From Alphaproteobacteria bacterium UBA1185 (GTDB lineage Bacteria; Pseudomonadota; Alphaproteobacteria; Rs-D84): DNA of 64,000 nucleotides. Numbering within the stretch: position 1 is the stretch's first letter; every line of letters starts with the position of its first letter. Below are positions 38,972 through 47,755 of the stretch, piece by piece. The stretch spans positions 64,009-128,008 of the forward strand of contig DBYN01000004.1 in NCBI GenBank assembly GCA_002310415.1, written 5' to 3'. The position numbers and the translations under genes were made by a program. Below the pieces are notes generated by a model. That model was not told where the DNA came from and did no database searches. It worked only from the letters and a program-made list of their open reading frames with translations.

Positions 38972-39003
38972 ACACAAAAATAAAACCGGGATAAACCCGA
39001 TTT
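38972..39003 (-). terminator. Possible terminator downstream of tRNA-Arg
   Basis: Short GC stem (CGGG/CCCG) followed on the minus strand by UUUUAUUUUU. Confidence 0.45.
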
Positions 39004-39044
39004 AATTTTTGCTCTAATCACGACGAAGCGATAGTGAATACGGA

Positions 39045-39121
39045 TGGCGCGCCCAGCAGGACTCGAACCTGCAACCCACAGATTAGAAATCTGTTGCTCT
39101 ATCCAATTGAGCCATGGGCGC
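39045..39121 (-). tRNA. tRNA-Arg (anticodon UCU), CCA encoded
   Basis: Hand-folded cloverleaf: acceptor GCGCCCA/TGGGCGC, D arm GCTC..GAGC, anticodon stem ACAGA/TCTGT with loop TTTCTAA, T arm GCAGG-TTCGAGT-CCTGC. Length 77 nt. Confidence 0.92.
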
Positions 39122-39163
39122 ACGTGTGCTGATTTTATATCAAAAACCCTACGATTGCAACTT

Positions 39164-40378
39164 TTATTTCCTGATATTTACTTTCAAGAATATTTTTTTG
39201 CCACGTTGAACCATTATTGATTCAGCCGGTTTCACAATATATTCTTTGTCGGTTATTTTTTCACCGTCAATTTGAATACCGCCCTGTTCCACCATACGAC
39301 GCGCTTCTGATTTAGAATCAAATAATTTCACAGCGACCAAGAAATCAACAATATACATTGGATCATGCATTTTTAAATCAAAACTTGGCGCATCTGTCGC
39401 ATTACCACCACCAAACAACGATGTAGCTGTGGTTTCCGCCTCTTGTGCGGCTTTTGTTCCATGTGCGATTTCAGTTGCAGCAAATGCCAAACGTTTTTTG
39501 ACATCGTTTAATTCCGCACCTTGCAAAGACGACAATTTTTCAATTTTTTCAATTGGAATTTCTGTGAATATTTTCAAGAAAGTTATTACTAAATCATCTG
39601 GCGTATTACGAAAATATTGATAATATTCATACGGAGATGTTTTGTCTTCGTTCACCCAAACCGCATTACCCGCAGATTTTCCAATTTTATTTCCGTTTGC
39701 ATCGGTTATTAAATTGGTTGACAAAACAAAAACTTCTTTGCCGCATTGTTTGCGCACCAATTCAACCCCCATAACAGAATTGCCCCATTGGTCTGCACCA
39801 CAAAGTTGCACTGTGCAATTATATTTGTTGTAAAGAGTTAAATAATCAACCGCTTGAAAAGTCATATAATTAAATTCCAAAAAAGTCATACCATTTTCCA
39901 ACCGTTTTTTAACGCTTTCCATAGATAACATACGTGGCACAGTAAAATCTGTTCCGTATTTAGCCAAAAAATCAAGATGCGAATAACCTTTCATCCAATC
40001 ATAGTTATCAACCATAATCGCACAATTTTCAGAATCATTAAAATCAACAAATTTAGCAATAGATTTTTTTAACCCTGCACTGTTAATTGCAATCTGTTCA
40101 TCTGTCATCATTGGGCGCCCTTTGTCACGACCAGATGGATCCCCAATACGTGCGGTTGCACCACCAACCAATGCAATTGGCTTATGGCCATATTTTTGAA
40201 ACCAACGCAACAACATCAAAGATGCAACATGCCCCACATGCAAAGAATCTGCCGTTGGGTCCGTTCCCCAATACACAGTAACTTTGCCATTTGCCAATGC
40301 TTGTTTTAATCCGTCCATATTTGAACATTGATTTATAAAACCGCGCTTTTCCAATTCTTGTAATACATCTTTTTGCAT
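39164..40378 (-). CDS. tyrS: Tyrosyl-tRNA synthetase
   Basis: HIGH-type SLHVGHV, KMSKS-type KIGKSAGN, and a C-terminal S4-like domain (SKSEARRMVEQGGIQIDGEKI). Confidence 0.95.
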   Translation of the reverse strand: MQKDVLQELEKRGFINQCSNMDGLKQALANGKVTVYWGTDPTADSLHVGHVASLMLLRWFQKYGHKPIALVGGATARIGDPSGRDKGRPMMTDEQIAINSAGLKKSIAKFVDFNDSENCAIMVDNYDWMKGYSHLDFLAKYGTDFTVPRMLSMESVKKRLENGMTFLEFNYMTFQAVDYLTLYNKYNCTVQLCGADQWGNSVMGVELVRKQCGKEVFVLSTNLITDANGNKIGKSAGNAVWVNEDKTSPYEYYQYFRNTPDDLVITFLKIFTEIPIEKIEKLSSLQGAELNDVKKRLAFAATEIAHGTKAAQEAETTATSLFGGGNATDAPSFDLKMHDPMYIVDFLVAVKLFDSKSEARRMVEQGGIQIDGEKITDKEYIVKPAESIMVQRGKKIFLKVNIRK

Positions 40379-40441
40379 ATTTATTCCCTTTATATTGATT
40401 ATATATTAACTGAAAACCTGCTTTTTTTCAACCGTAAAATC

Positions 40442-40476
40442 AAAAAACCGCGCCCAAAAGCGCGGTTTTCGTTTTT
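40442..40476. terminator. Terminator downstream of tsf
   Basis: AACCGCGC-ccaaaa-GCGCGGTT flanked by A and T runs. Confidence 0.8.
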
Positions 40477-40492
40477 CTTAATCTGTCCTGAT

Positions 40493-41362
40493 TTAGCCCA
40501 ACATTTTTGCGACTTCATCAGCCAAATTATCTTCGCGCTTTTGAATACCTTCACCCAGCACGTAATACGCATAACCAGCCAATTTGCCACCATGTTCAGC
40601 GACAACTTCTTTGACTGTCTTGCTTGGGTCCATAACAAATGGTTGTTCTTCCAAAACGGATTCGCCGTAATATTTTTTGATACGACCTTCGACCATTTTT
40701 TCAACGATATTTTCAGGTTTGCCGGCTGTTGCACCAGATTCGATGAACACTTTCTTTTCACGTTCAACTGATTTTGGATCAACATCAGCAATTGTCATAA
40801 ATTCAGGTTTATTCGCAGCGATGTGCATAGCGATTTTATTACCGATTTCATCGATTTTTGGGTCATCGCCATTGATTGCAACAACAACACCGATTTGTCC
40901 CATGCCCGGAACCAAAGCATTATGAACGTAAGTATAGATATGATCGCCATTTACTTTTGCAATACGACGCAAACTCATATTTTCACCAATTGTAGCAATT
41001 GTCGCGGCAATATCATCTTTTACAGCAGCCAAAGTTGCATCAAAATCGCCACCCAATTCAGCGGCTTTGTTTGCAACATTTGCAACCAATGTTTGGAACT
41101 TGTCATTTTTAGCAACGAAATCTGTTTCTGCATTTAATTCAACAACACAGCCCATATCATCACATTTGACAACAGTTACCAAACCAGACGCAGCAACACG
41201 ACCTGCTTTGGATGCGGCTTTGACAATACCTTTTTGGCGCAACCAATCAGCAGCGGCTTCAATATCACCATTGTTTTCGACCAATGCTTTTTTACAGTCC
41301 ATCATACCCGCGGATGTTTTTTCACGAAGTTCCTGAACCAATTTTGCTGTTATTTCTGCCAT
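40493..41362 (-). CDS. tsf: Elongation factor Ts
   Basis: The N-terminus AKLVQELREKTSAGMMDCKKAL is typical of EF-Ts. It lies immediately downstream of rpsB. Confidence 0.95.
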   Translation of the reverse strand: MAEITAKLVQELREKTSAGMMDCKKALVENNGDIEAAADWLRQKGIVKAASKAGRVAASGLVTVVKCDDMGCVVELNAETDFVAKNDKFQTLVANVANKAAELGGDFDATLAAVKDDIAATIATIGENMSLRRIAKVNGDHIYTYVHNALVPGMGQIGVVVAINGDDPKIDEIGNKIAMHIAANKPEFMTIADVDPKSVEREKKVFIESGATAGKPENIVEKMVEGRIKKYYGESVLEEQPFVMDPSKTVKEVVAEHGGKLAGYAYYVLGEGIQKREDNLADEVAKMLG

Positions 41363-41387
41363 TGTTTATTCCTTTCTTTTGTTAAGA

Positions 41388-42239
41388 TTATTTATCTGCT
41401 TTGTCTGCTATCTTGCTGCGACGTACTTCGCGAGCCTCAGATGTTTTAGATTTTTGCTTAGATTCTTTAACCTTTGCATCATGTTCTAATTCTTCGGCTG
41501 CCACTTCTGCATCGTCTGCGGCCTCTTTTTTACCAGCGGCACCGCCCAATCTTTTTTCAATACCAGACAAAATAGCATCCACAAACAAATCGCAATACAA
41601 CTGAGTTGCACGTGATGCATCATCGTTTCCCGGAACTGGATAATCAACCAATTCAGGATTAGAATTTGTATCACAAATCGCGACAGTTGGGATATCCAAA
41701 ACTTTTGCTTCGTGAACTGCATTTGCTTCACGTGGCACATCAATAACAATCATCGCCTGTGGAATGCCATGCATTTCCAAAATACCGCCAAAAATATCGC
41801 GTAATTTAGCAACTTCTTTGGTCATAACACCGACTTCTTTCTTGGTCAATCCTAATTTGTCAGCATTAGCAATATCCTGTTCCATTTTTTTCAAACGACG
41901 AATGCTTTGTGAAACTGTTGTCCAGTTTGTCAACATACCACCCAACCAGCGATTGTTAACGTAAAATTGACCGCAACGTTCAGCAGCATCTTTGACAATA
42001 TCTTTTGCCTGATGTTTAGTGGCAACGAACAAAATTTTTCCACCAGCGGCAGCAATTGCTTCCAAAGCAACCAAAGCACGATGCAACAACGGTGCAGTTT
42101 TATTCAAATTGATAATGTGAATTTTATCTTTTACGCCATAAACATATGGTGTCATCAATGGATTCCAGCGACGTGTATGATGTCCAAAATGAACACCCGC
42201 TTCCATTAATTGTTTCATAGTAAAAGTTGGCAATGCCAT
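41388..42239 (-). CDS. rpsB: 30S ribosomal protein S2 (with acidic/basic C-terminal extension)
   Basis: Motifs MKQLMEAGVHFGHHTRRWNP and NNRWLGGMLTNW. Confidence 0.96.
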   Translation of the reverse strand: MALPTFTMKQLMEAGVHFGHHTRRWNPLMTPYVYGVKDKIHIINLNKTAPLLHRALVALEAIAAAGGKILFVATKHQAKDIVKDAAERCGQFYVNNRWLGGMLTNWTTVSQSIRRLKKMEQDIANADKLGLTKKEVGVMTKEVAKLRDIFGGILEMHGIPQAMIVIDVPREANAVHEAKVLDIPTVAICDTNSNPELVDYPVPGNDDASRATQLYCDLFVDAILSGIEKRLGGAAGKKEAADDAEVAAEELEHDAKVKESKQKSKTSEAREVRRSKIADKADK

Positions 42240-42436
42240 GATTTTATCCTTTTTTTCTGTTGTTATCCTCGGTCAACGGGTGTAAAAAACCAAATGAATT
42301 GGACAGAAATTATACCCATTACCTGTGTTCTTCGTGCAAGCACGTGCCACCATAATAACCCAAACATATTGTAAAATCAAGTATTTTTTGAAAAAACAAC
42401 CAAAATTATAAATAAGAAAAAATTCTTTGAAAAATA

Positions 42437-42464
42437 TTGACAAATTGTATTTACAGTCTATATT
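42437..42464 (+). promoter_or_regulatory. Candidate promoter TTGACA-16-TATATT
   Basis: Hexamers read directly upstream of the 42484 ATG. Confidence 0.5.
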
Positions 42465-42483
42465 TATATACGGGTGATGAGTA

Positions 42484-44427
42484 ATGCAAACGATAAAACG
42501 AATTTTGATTGGATTTGTTACAGCCGTTTCAATTGTGACGGGGTGCTTTGCCGATTCAAAATGTGATAGTTCAGCATATTATCGCACACACAAAACAGAA
42601 TGCGAAAAAAGTTCAAACATCACAACTATATTGGCAGTAGCGGGTGGCGCTGCGTTGGCCGGTGTTGGAATTGCACTGGCTAATAACGGTTCATCAAATA
42701 ACGCAAGTTCCCCAGAACATTCAAATCAAACAATAACTCTGCGTTCGTCAAATACGAACAGCAATTATGCTTTGACAGACAAAATACAAAACAATAAAAT
42801 TTATACATCTTACATTTATTCCGAAACAAACGGCGCAGATATATCTGATGATATCTTGCAATTTGCCAAGGCAACCGAAACATACACCAAAAATTATAAA
42901 CAATTCGATTCCGTCAATCTTGCCTATGCAATTGCACGTGGATATACGGGTAAAAATGTCAATATTGCGATAATGGACGATTTTAATTATCACCATGGTT
43001 ATACAGTGCATAATTTGGCGCAATATGCTGCAAAAGATGCTAATATCGCGAATTATAATTTAACATACAGCCAACAATCATTTGTACCTTTTGACAAAAT
43101 AGCAGAAACCATAAAATATTCTGCACCTGCACACATTTACAACAACAGTTGGCAAATGGATTCAACCCAATATATGAATGCGGCAACTGTTGTTTATAAC
43201 AATTTCGACCCAAAAACTTATGCAAATGCCCAGCAATATATGTATTCGATTACCAGTCAGAATTTTATAAATCAAATCATTAACACAGCAATTGAAAATG
43301 ACAGCATTTTTGTTTGGGCGGCTGGCAACGATAGCCAAAAAGAAAGCGGTGCTTTGTCCGCTATGCCGTTGGCATTTCCTGAATTAAACGGGCATTTTGT
43401 AAACGTTGTGGCATTTGATCAAAATGCAAAAAAATTGGCTTGGTACAGCAATCAATGCGGTGTTACACAAAATTATTGCATTGCTGCCCCTGGTTCACTT
43501 TTACAAACAGACGCAAAAGAAACAACCGTCAGCGGGACAAGTTTTGCTGCCCCAATTGTTTCTGGCGCCATAGCAGTTATCAAAGAAGCATTTCCATATA
43601 TGACCGCCACACAAATAACTGAATTATTATTTACAACTGCACGTGATTTAGGTGACCCTGGTGTTGATGCCGTTTATGGTTGGGGTTTATTAGATATGGA
43701 AACCGCCACAAAACCAGTTGGAACACCAAAAATTGTTTTATCAAACGAAACCATTCAACCATTAACCGACGCAAATGTCGGTGGTATCGCCGCTAGTGCC
43801 ATTAAAAATGCCGGTTTAGAAATCGCCTTTGTCGATGATTTTGGACGCGCATTTAAAACGAAGTTATCAGATAGCATAAATGTTATTCCTTATGGACGCG
43901 CATTTGGTAAATTACAAAATAACGAAGATAATTTTGTTACAATTTTTGATAATCTAGAATTTGGCTTCAAAAAAACAAACATTTTGGAATCAAATGGATT
44001 TATTACGTCAAAATCAAACAATTTAACAAATTTTGTCGGGTATAAAAATGAATTTGTTTTTGATAATTTCAGCATTTATCAAAACGTTCGTTTTGGTACA
44101 ACAGCCCCAAAATCAGAATATAATTCGATTATAAACGGCTTTTCGAATATATATACTTCGTCTGTATCAACAGGCATAAAATGGAACGATTTTATATTTG
44201 AATTATCAATTCCAGAAACAATTTTGTACGGCAACATGTACATGAATTTACCAATTGGACGGGCAAATGACGGGCAAATGCTATATAATCAAACGAACAT
44301 CAATTTAAAAACAAAACCCAGTGTTGAATATTCTGTTAAATACAAAAACATTTATGCTGGTTACATAAATAACTATGATTACCAAGACGAATTTTTTATA
44401 ATGGCAAAAACAAAATTTACATTCTAA
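42484..44427 (+). CDS. Subtilisin-like (S8) serine protease with autotransporter-like C-terminal beta-domain
   Basis: Signal peptide; Asp box NIAIMDDF, His box HHGYTVHN, Ser box GTSFAAPIVSGAIA. The C-terminus ends in an aromatic residue (AKTKFTF). Confidence 0.8.
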   Translation: MQTIKRILIGFVTAVSIVTGCFADSKCDSSAYYRTHKTECEKSSNITTILAVAGGAALAGVGIALANNGSSNNASSPEHSNQTITLRSSNTNSNYALTDKIQNNKIYTSYIYSETNGADISDDILQFAKATETYTKNYKQFDSVNLAYAIARGYTGKNVNIAIMDDFNYHHGYTVHNLAQYAAKDANIANYNLTYSQQSFVPFDKIAETIKYSAPAHIYNNSWQMDSTQYMNAATVVYNNFDPKTYANAQQYMYSITSQNFINQIINTAIENDSIFVWAAGNDSQKESGALSAMPLAFPELNGHFVNVVAFDQNAKKLAWYSNQCGVTQNYCIAAPGSLLQTDAKETTVSGTSFAAPIVSGAIAVIKEAFPYMTATQITELLFTTARDLGDPGVDAVYGWGLLDMETATKPVGTPKIVLSNETIQPLTDANVGGIAASAIKNAGLEIAFVDDFGRAFKTKLSDSINVIPYGRAFGKLQNNEDNFVTIFDNLEFGFKKTNILESNGFITSKSNNLTNFVGYKNEFVFDNFSIYQNVRFGTTAPKSEYNSIINGFSNIYTSSVSTGIKWNDFIFELSIPETILYGNMYMNLPIGRANDGQMLYNQTNINLKTKPSVEYSVKYKNIYAGYINNYDYQDEFFIMAKTKFTF

Positions 44428-45297
44428 TTATTCTGATTTTGGTTCACTTTTGCGCATCAAATCAAAATTATGTATATAACTGAACGACACACCAACCGAA
44501 GTATTTGAACCTTTGTTTTCTGCCTGACGCGAATGAATTTGTCGATATTGAACGTATGGCCCAAACGTAAAATCCCCCCATAAATTTGTATCAAATCGAA
44601 CATTAGCCATAAAATCATAGCGTAAATCTTCACCAACATATTGCGAATAGGACAAATATTTTCTGTAATACCCATCAGAAGCAAATTTTACCCCTTCACG
44701 AATTTCATATGCTAAACGCCATCCTGCTTCGAATGCAGATTTATTTACCTTTTCTTCATCATATGTAAAATCATATTCATAAACACCAACCAAATATAAA
44801 CTTTTTATAATCGCATTATCAAACAAAGAAAAACCCGCATTTGGACGAATAACCTTGCGACGAGGGTCACCAACAAATTCAGTTTCATATTGTGCACGCA
44901 TTATTGGTCCCAATTTGAAATAATCAAAATCCAACCAAGCATACGCCAAATCAGATGACAATAATATTTTATCAGCACTTTCATCAACAGTTTTTTCTTC
45001 GTCATATGGTTTCAAAGTTTGTTTCCCATATTCCATAAATATGGCATTATCCCATTTGAAACGTTCAAAGCCATATTCCAAAGCAACATCAAAAACACCT
45101 TTGATATTTTCTTGGCTAGTCGCCTTTAACGCCGCAACTGGTGAATTTTGGTATTCGCCTGGATTCCCCATAGATGTATTTGACCAATCAAACCCAATAC
45201 GACGAACATTTAAATTAAATTTTGTTTCCTTTGGTGCATCATCTGCAAAAGAAACCATTGGTAACAAGATACTTAATAATAAAATAATTTTTTTCAT
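44428..45297 (-). CDS. Putative outer-membrane beta-barrel protein
   Basis: Signal peptide MKKIILLLSILLPMVSFA, and alternating aromatic/polar beta-strand pattern. Confidence 0.6.
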   Translation of the reverse strand: MKKIILLLSILLPMVSFADDAPKETKFNLNVRRIGFDWSNTSMGNPGEYQNSPVAALKATSQENIKGVFDVALEYGFERFKWDNAIFMEYGKQTLKPYDEEKTVDESADKILLSSDLAYAWLDFDYFKLGPIMRAQYETEFVGDPRRKVIRPNAGFSLFDNAIIKSLYLVGVYEYDFTYDEEKVNKSAFEAGWRLAYEIREGVKFASDGYYRKYLSYSQYVGEDLRYDFMANVRFDTNLWGDFTFGPYVQYRQIHSRQAENKGSNTSVGVSFSYIHNFDLMRKSEPKSE

Positions 45298-45312
45298 ACC
45301 ATATCCCTTGTG

Positions 45313-45933
45313 CTATTTCCATATTTGTAAAATTCCACCATCATCAGTATATTTCCACCCTGCACTACGCACAGCAATCGTAAATTTAGTACGATAAGAA
45401 ACAGGCAACTTTGCAATAACATTATTTCCAGAAATTGTTTTTGTTTCAATTTCAATATTATGTTCATGTGCAATACGATTTAATTCTGCCCAATCATTTA
45501 ATCCATTGGGCAAAACAACAGAAATCGTAAATTTTTCACCAGATTCAACAGCCGGAATCCAGTTTTGAATTTCATTTTTTGTTAACCAATCTTTGATTAA
45601 ATCATTATCAAAATTCCACGTAATATTTGCAGAATAAGCAGTTGATGAAATACGTTCATTGGTAACACTGGATGATGTAACAAAATTGATTAAATCACTA
45701 TCCTTGGTATCGTTTAACAATTGTCGGAAAGCATCTTTATCAGAATATCCAGAAATAACATCAAAAAACACCTGACGCAAAGCAGAATTCGTTGCTTTGA
45801 TTTTCGCATTTGCGGCCGTATCACTTTCCTGATGAACCCGCAAAGCGCCCGATAGTTCCGCACCACCCACATCAAACAGCCCAGAACAAATCATCAAAGC
45901 ACATAAACCCAAAACACTTAAAACGCGTTTCAT
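45313..45933 (-). CDS. Secreted hypothetical protein, 206 aa
   Basis: Signal-like N-terminus MKRVLSVLGLCALMICSGLF. It lies in the same operon-like run as the flanking outer-membrane genes. Confidence 0.5.
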   Translation of the reverse strand: MKRVLSVLGLCALMICSGLFDVGGAELSGALRVHQESDTAANAKIKATNSALRQVFFDVISGYSDKDAFRQLLNDTKDSDLINFVTSSSVTNERISSTAYSANITWNFDNDLIKDWLTKNEIQNWIPAVESGEKFTISVVLPNGLNDWAELNRIAHEHNIEIETKTISGNNVIAKLPVSYRTKFTIAVRSAGWKYTDDGGILQIWK

Positions 45934-45946
45934 GATACAATAAAAC

Positions 45947-47470
45947 CTAGAATCTCATATTGATACCAACACGTATTCCCATCGATTTGTATACAGAATT
46001 AACTTCTTTTTTATCTTCAATCGCCCAACCAGCCGATTGCCAACTGGTATAGATATCTTGATATTCTTCATACACATCAACATCTATATCATTATCAGTC
46101 AACAAACCATCATCATACGCATCTAAAATCTCATTTATTGCATCTAACTCTGCACTATACCAAGCAGGACTTAAATACGTTTTTGCCTTTGCATCGGACA
46201 CTTTGTAATAATCCAAAGTAAAGCCCAATGACAACGAAGTTGCATCACTTATCGCAGTAACCCAACCCGCATTCATAGCAAAATGATAAGCATCGCCAAA
46301 TCCACCCTTGTCTTCTACACTGGTTGGGTGCGCCCAATCAACACGATATGGTTGATCGCCAGTTGATTTATAAATTGGCAAACCAAATTCAATACCACCA
46401 GTCAACAAATTATCTTTATTTATTTGATATTCCGCATCCAAAGCCAAATAAGGTCCAGCCCATTCAGTTTCATATTTATGCGATGTACTTGGCTGTTCAT
46501 AATAATATGTTCCACCCATATTCAAACGCGGCCAACCAGTATTATTTGGAAAAACATACTGATCATAGTCATCCATCACAACATCACCATTTTCATCCGT
46601 CTGAAAACCACCATACCCCTTCGGATTAGCAAGTGGATAACCATCTTCGGTCCAAAATTCCACCAATGGCCCACATTGTACTTCGTCACCAAATTGCAAA
46701 CAATTCACAAAACTTGCAGAATCCAAAACATCCACAGCCAAACCATAATTCTTTTCGGTTGTTAATTCATGTTTAAAATAACGATAACCAATTGACGGCG
46801 TAATCTTCGCGCGTCCCCATGTAAAGAAATCAGTTAAACCAAACGCGATATTAAATCCCATCTGTTTACCATCTTTACTGGTTCCAACAGACATAGCCGG
46901 GGTCCCCACAATAGTATCTTCATATTGCACGGTACCACCAACATCAAGCACCGGCATTTCAACAACACTCCACACTGCATATTCAGACGAAATATCATCG
47001 TCAATCATTGGTGAATCACCAAATTGCAGTCCATATTTAAAGCCCGCCTTTAATTGCATCTTTGTATTATCACCAAAATAATAAACACCACGCGCATCAA
47101 AAACATTCCACGCCAAATTATCATAATGCAACTTTGACCCCGCAGCATTCATATCAAATTCCCACTTACCAATTTCATGCGACAACCCCGCATCCAAAAC
47201 AAAACCCTGTTTATTTGAAGTTTGTTGTGCAGTCTTTTTATTTTGCGCATTCTGTTTTTGATTTCCCATCTGGTTTTCCATACCGTATGGGTTGTTTCCG
47301 TACCCACGCTGTGCACCATATCCGTACGAATTATAATAACCGGCACGCGTATATCTTTGCTGTGGATTTTGATATAAATTACCATTATAATAAGTTCCAA
47401 CAGCACCAGCAACCGCAGGGAACAAAGCCATTACAGCCATACTGCTAATGATACGAAATACATTTTTCAT
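45947..47470 (-). CDS. Outer-membrane beta-barrel protein with Tyr/Gly/Asn/Gln-rich N-terminal region
   Basis: The start was reset to ATG 47470 (MKNVFRIISSMAVMALFPAVAGA, SD GAAAGGAA), because the track TTG start at 47629 lies inside tRNA-Leu. The C-terminus GIRVGINMRF is typical of an outer-membrane protein. Confidence 0.72.
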   Translation of the reverse strand: MKNVFRIISSMAVMALFPAVAGAVGTYYNGNLYQNPQQRYTRAGYYNSYGYGAQRGYGNNPYGMENQMGNQKQNAQNKKTAQQTSNKQGFVLDAGLSHEIGKWEFDMNAAGSKLHYDNLAWNVFDARGVYYFGDNTKMQLKAGFKYGLQFGDSPMIDDDISSEYAVWSVVEMPVLDVGGTVQYEDTIVGTPAMSVGTSKDGKQMGFNIAFGLTDFFTWGRAKITPSIGYRYFKHELTTEKNYGLAVDVLDSASFVNCLQFGDEVQCGPLVEFWTEDGYPLANPKGYGGFQTDENGDVVMDDYDQYVFPNNTGWPRLNMGGTYYYEQPSTSHKYETEWAGPYLALDAEYQINKDNLLTGGIEFGLPIYKSTGDQPYRVDWAHPTSVEDKGGFGDAYHFAMNAGWVTAISDATSLSLGFTLDYYKVSDAKAKTYLSPAWYSAELDAINEILDAYDDGLLTDNDIDVDVYEEYQDIYTSWQSAGWAIEDKKEVNSVYKSMGIRVGINMRF

Positions 47471-47562
47471 GATTATTCCTTTCTTGATATATAGAGCATT
47501 ATAACATAAAATAGTTGAAAAAAAAATACTTTTATAATATATTTTGAAAAAAATTTCTTTAT

Positions 47563-47647
47563 GTGGCCATGGCGAAATTGGTAGACGCGCAGCACTAAGG
47601 ATGCTGTGGAGCAATCCTTGGGGGTTCAATTCCCCCTGGCCACACCA
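47563..47647 (+). tRNA. tRNA-Leu (anticodon AAG), type II with long variable arm, CCA encoded
   Basis: Hand fold: acceptor GTGGCCA/TGGCCAC, D arm GCG-AAATTGGTAGA-CGC, anticodon stem CAGCA/TGCTG with loop C-T-A-A-G-G-A, variable arm TGGAGCAATCCTTG, T arm GGGGG-TTCAATT-CCCCC. Length 85 nt. Confidence 0.88.
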
Positions 47648-47692
47648 CCCTTCGCGTCTGCGACGCGGTCTGGGTGGCAGGCCATCTTTTTA
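47648..47692 (+). terminator. GC-rich nested hairpin and T run after tRNA-Leu
   Basis: Inner stem CGCGTC/GACGCG, outer stem CCACCC/GGGTGG (the 5' arm overlaps the CCA), followed by TCTTTTT. Confidence 0.55.
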
Positions 47693-47755
47693 ATAAAAAA
47701 ACATAATTTTACACTTGCCCTGAAAAATATAAATTTGCTAACATTGTTCTAAGGA

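Noticed and set aside
38828-38985. Possible tmRNA (or one piece of a two-piece tmRNA), because of the tRNA-like 3' end with an encoded CCA and nearby hairpins
   Set aside because: The acceptor 3' strand is that of tRNA-Arg (UGGGCGC), with C rather than U at position 70, so the G3:U70 alanine identity pair is impossible. No matching 5' acceptor strand lies nearby. None of the three frames gives a tag peptide ending in the usual hydrophobic Ala-Ala. The region is also too short for a one-piece tmRNA.
47471-47629. The long form of the outer-membrane protein ORF starting at 47629
   Set aside because: That start is a TTG lying inside the tRNA-Leu gene on the opposite strand. The downstream ATG at 47470 has an SD and yields a proper signal peptide.
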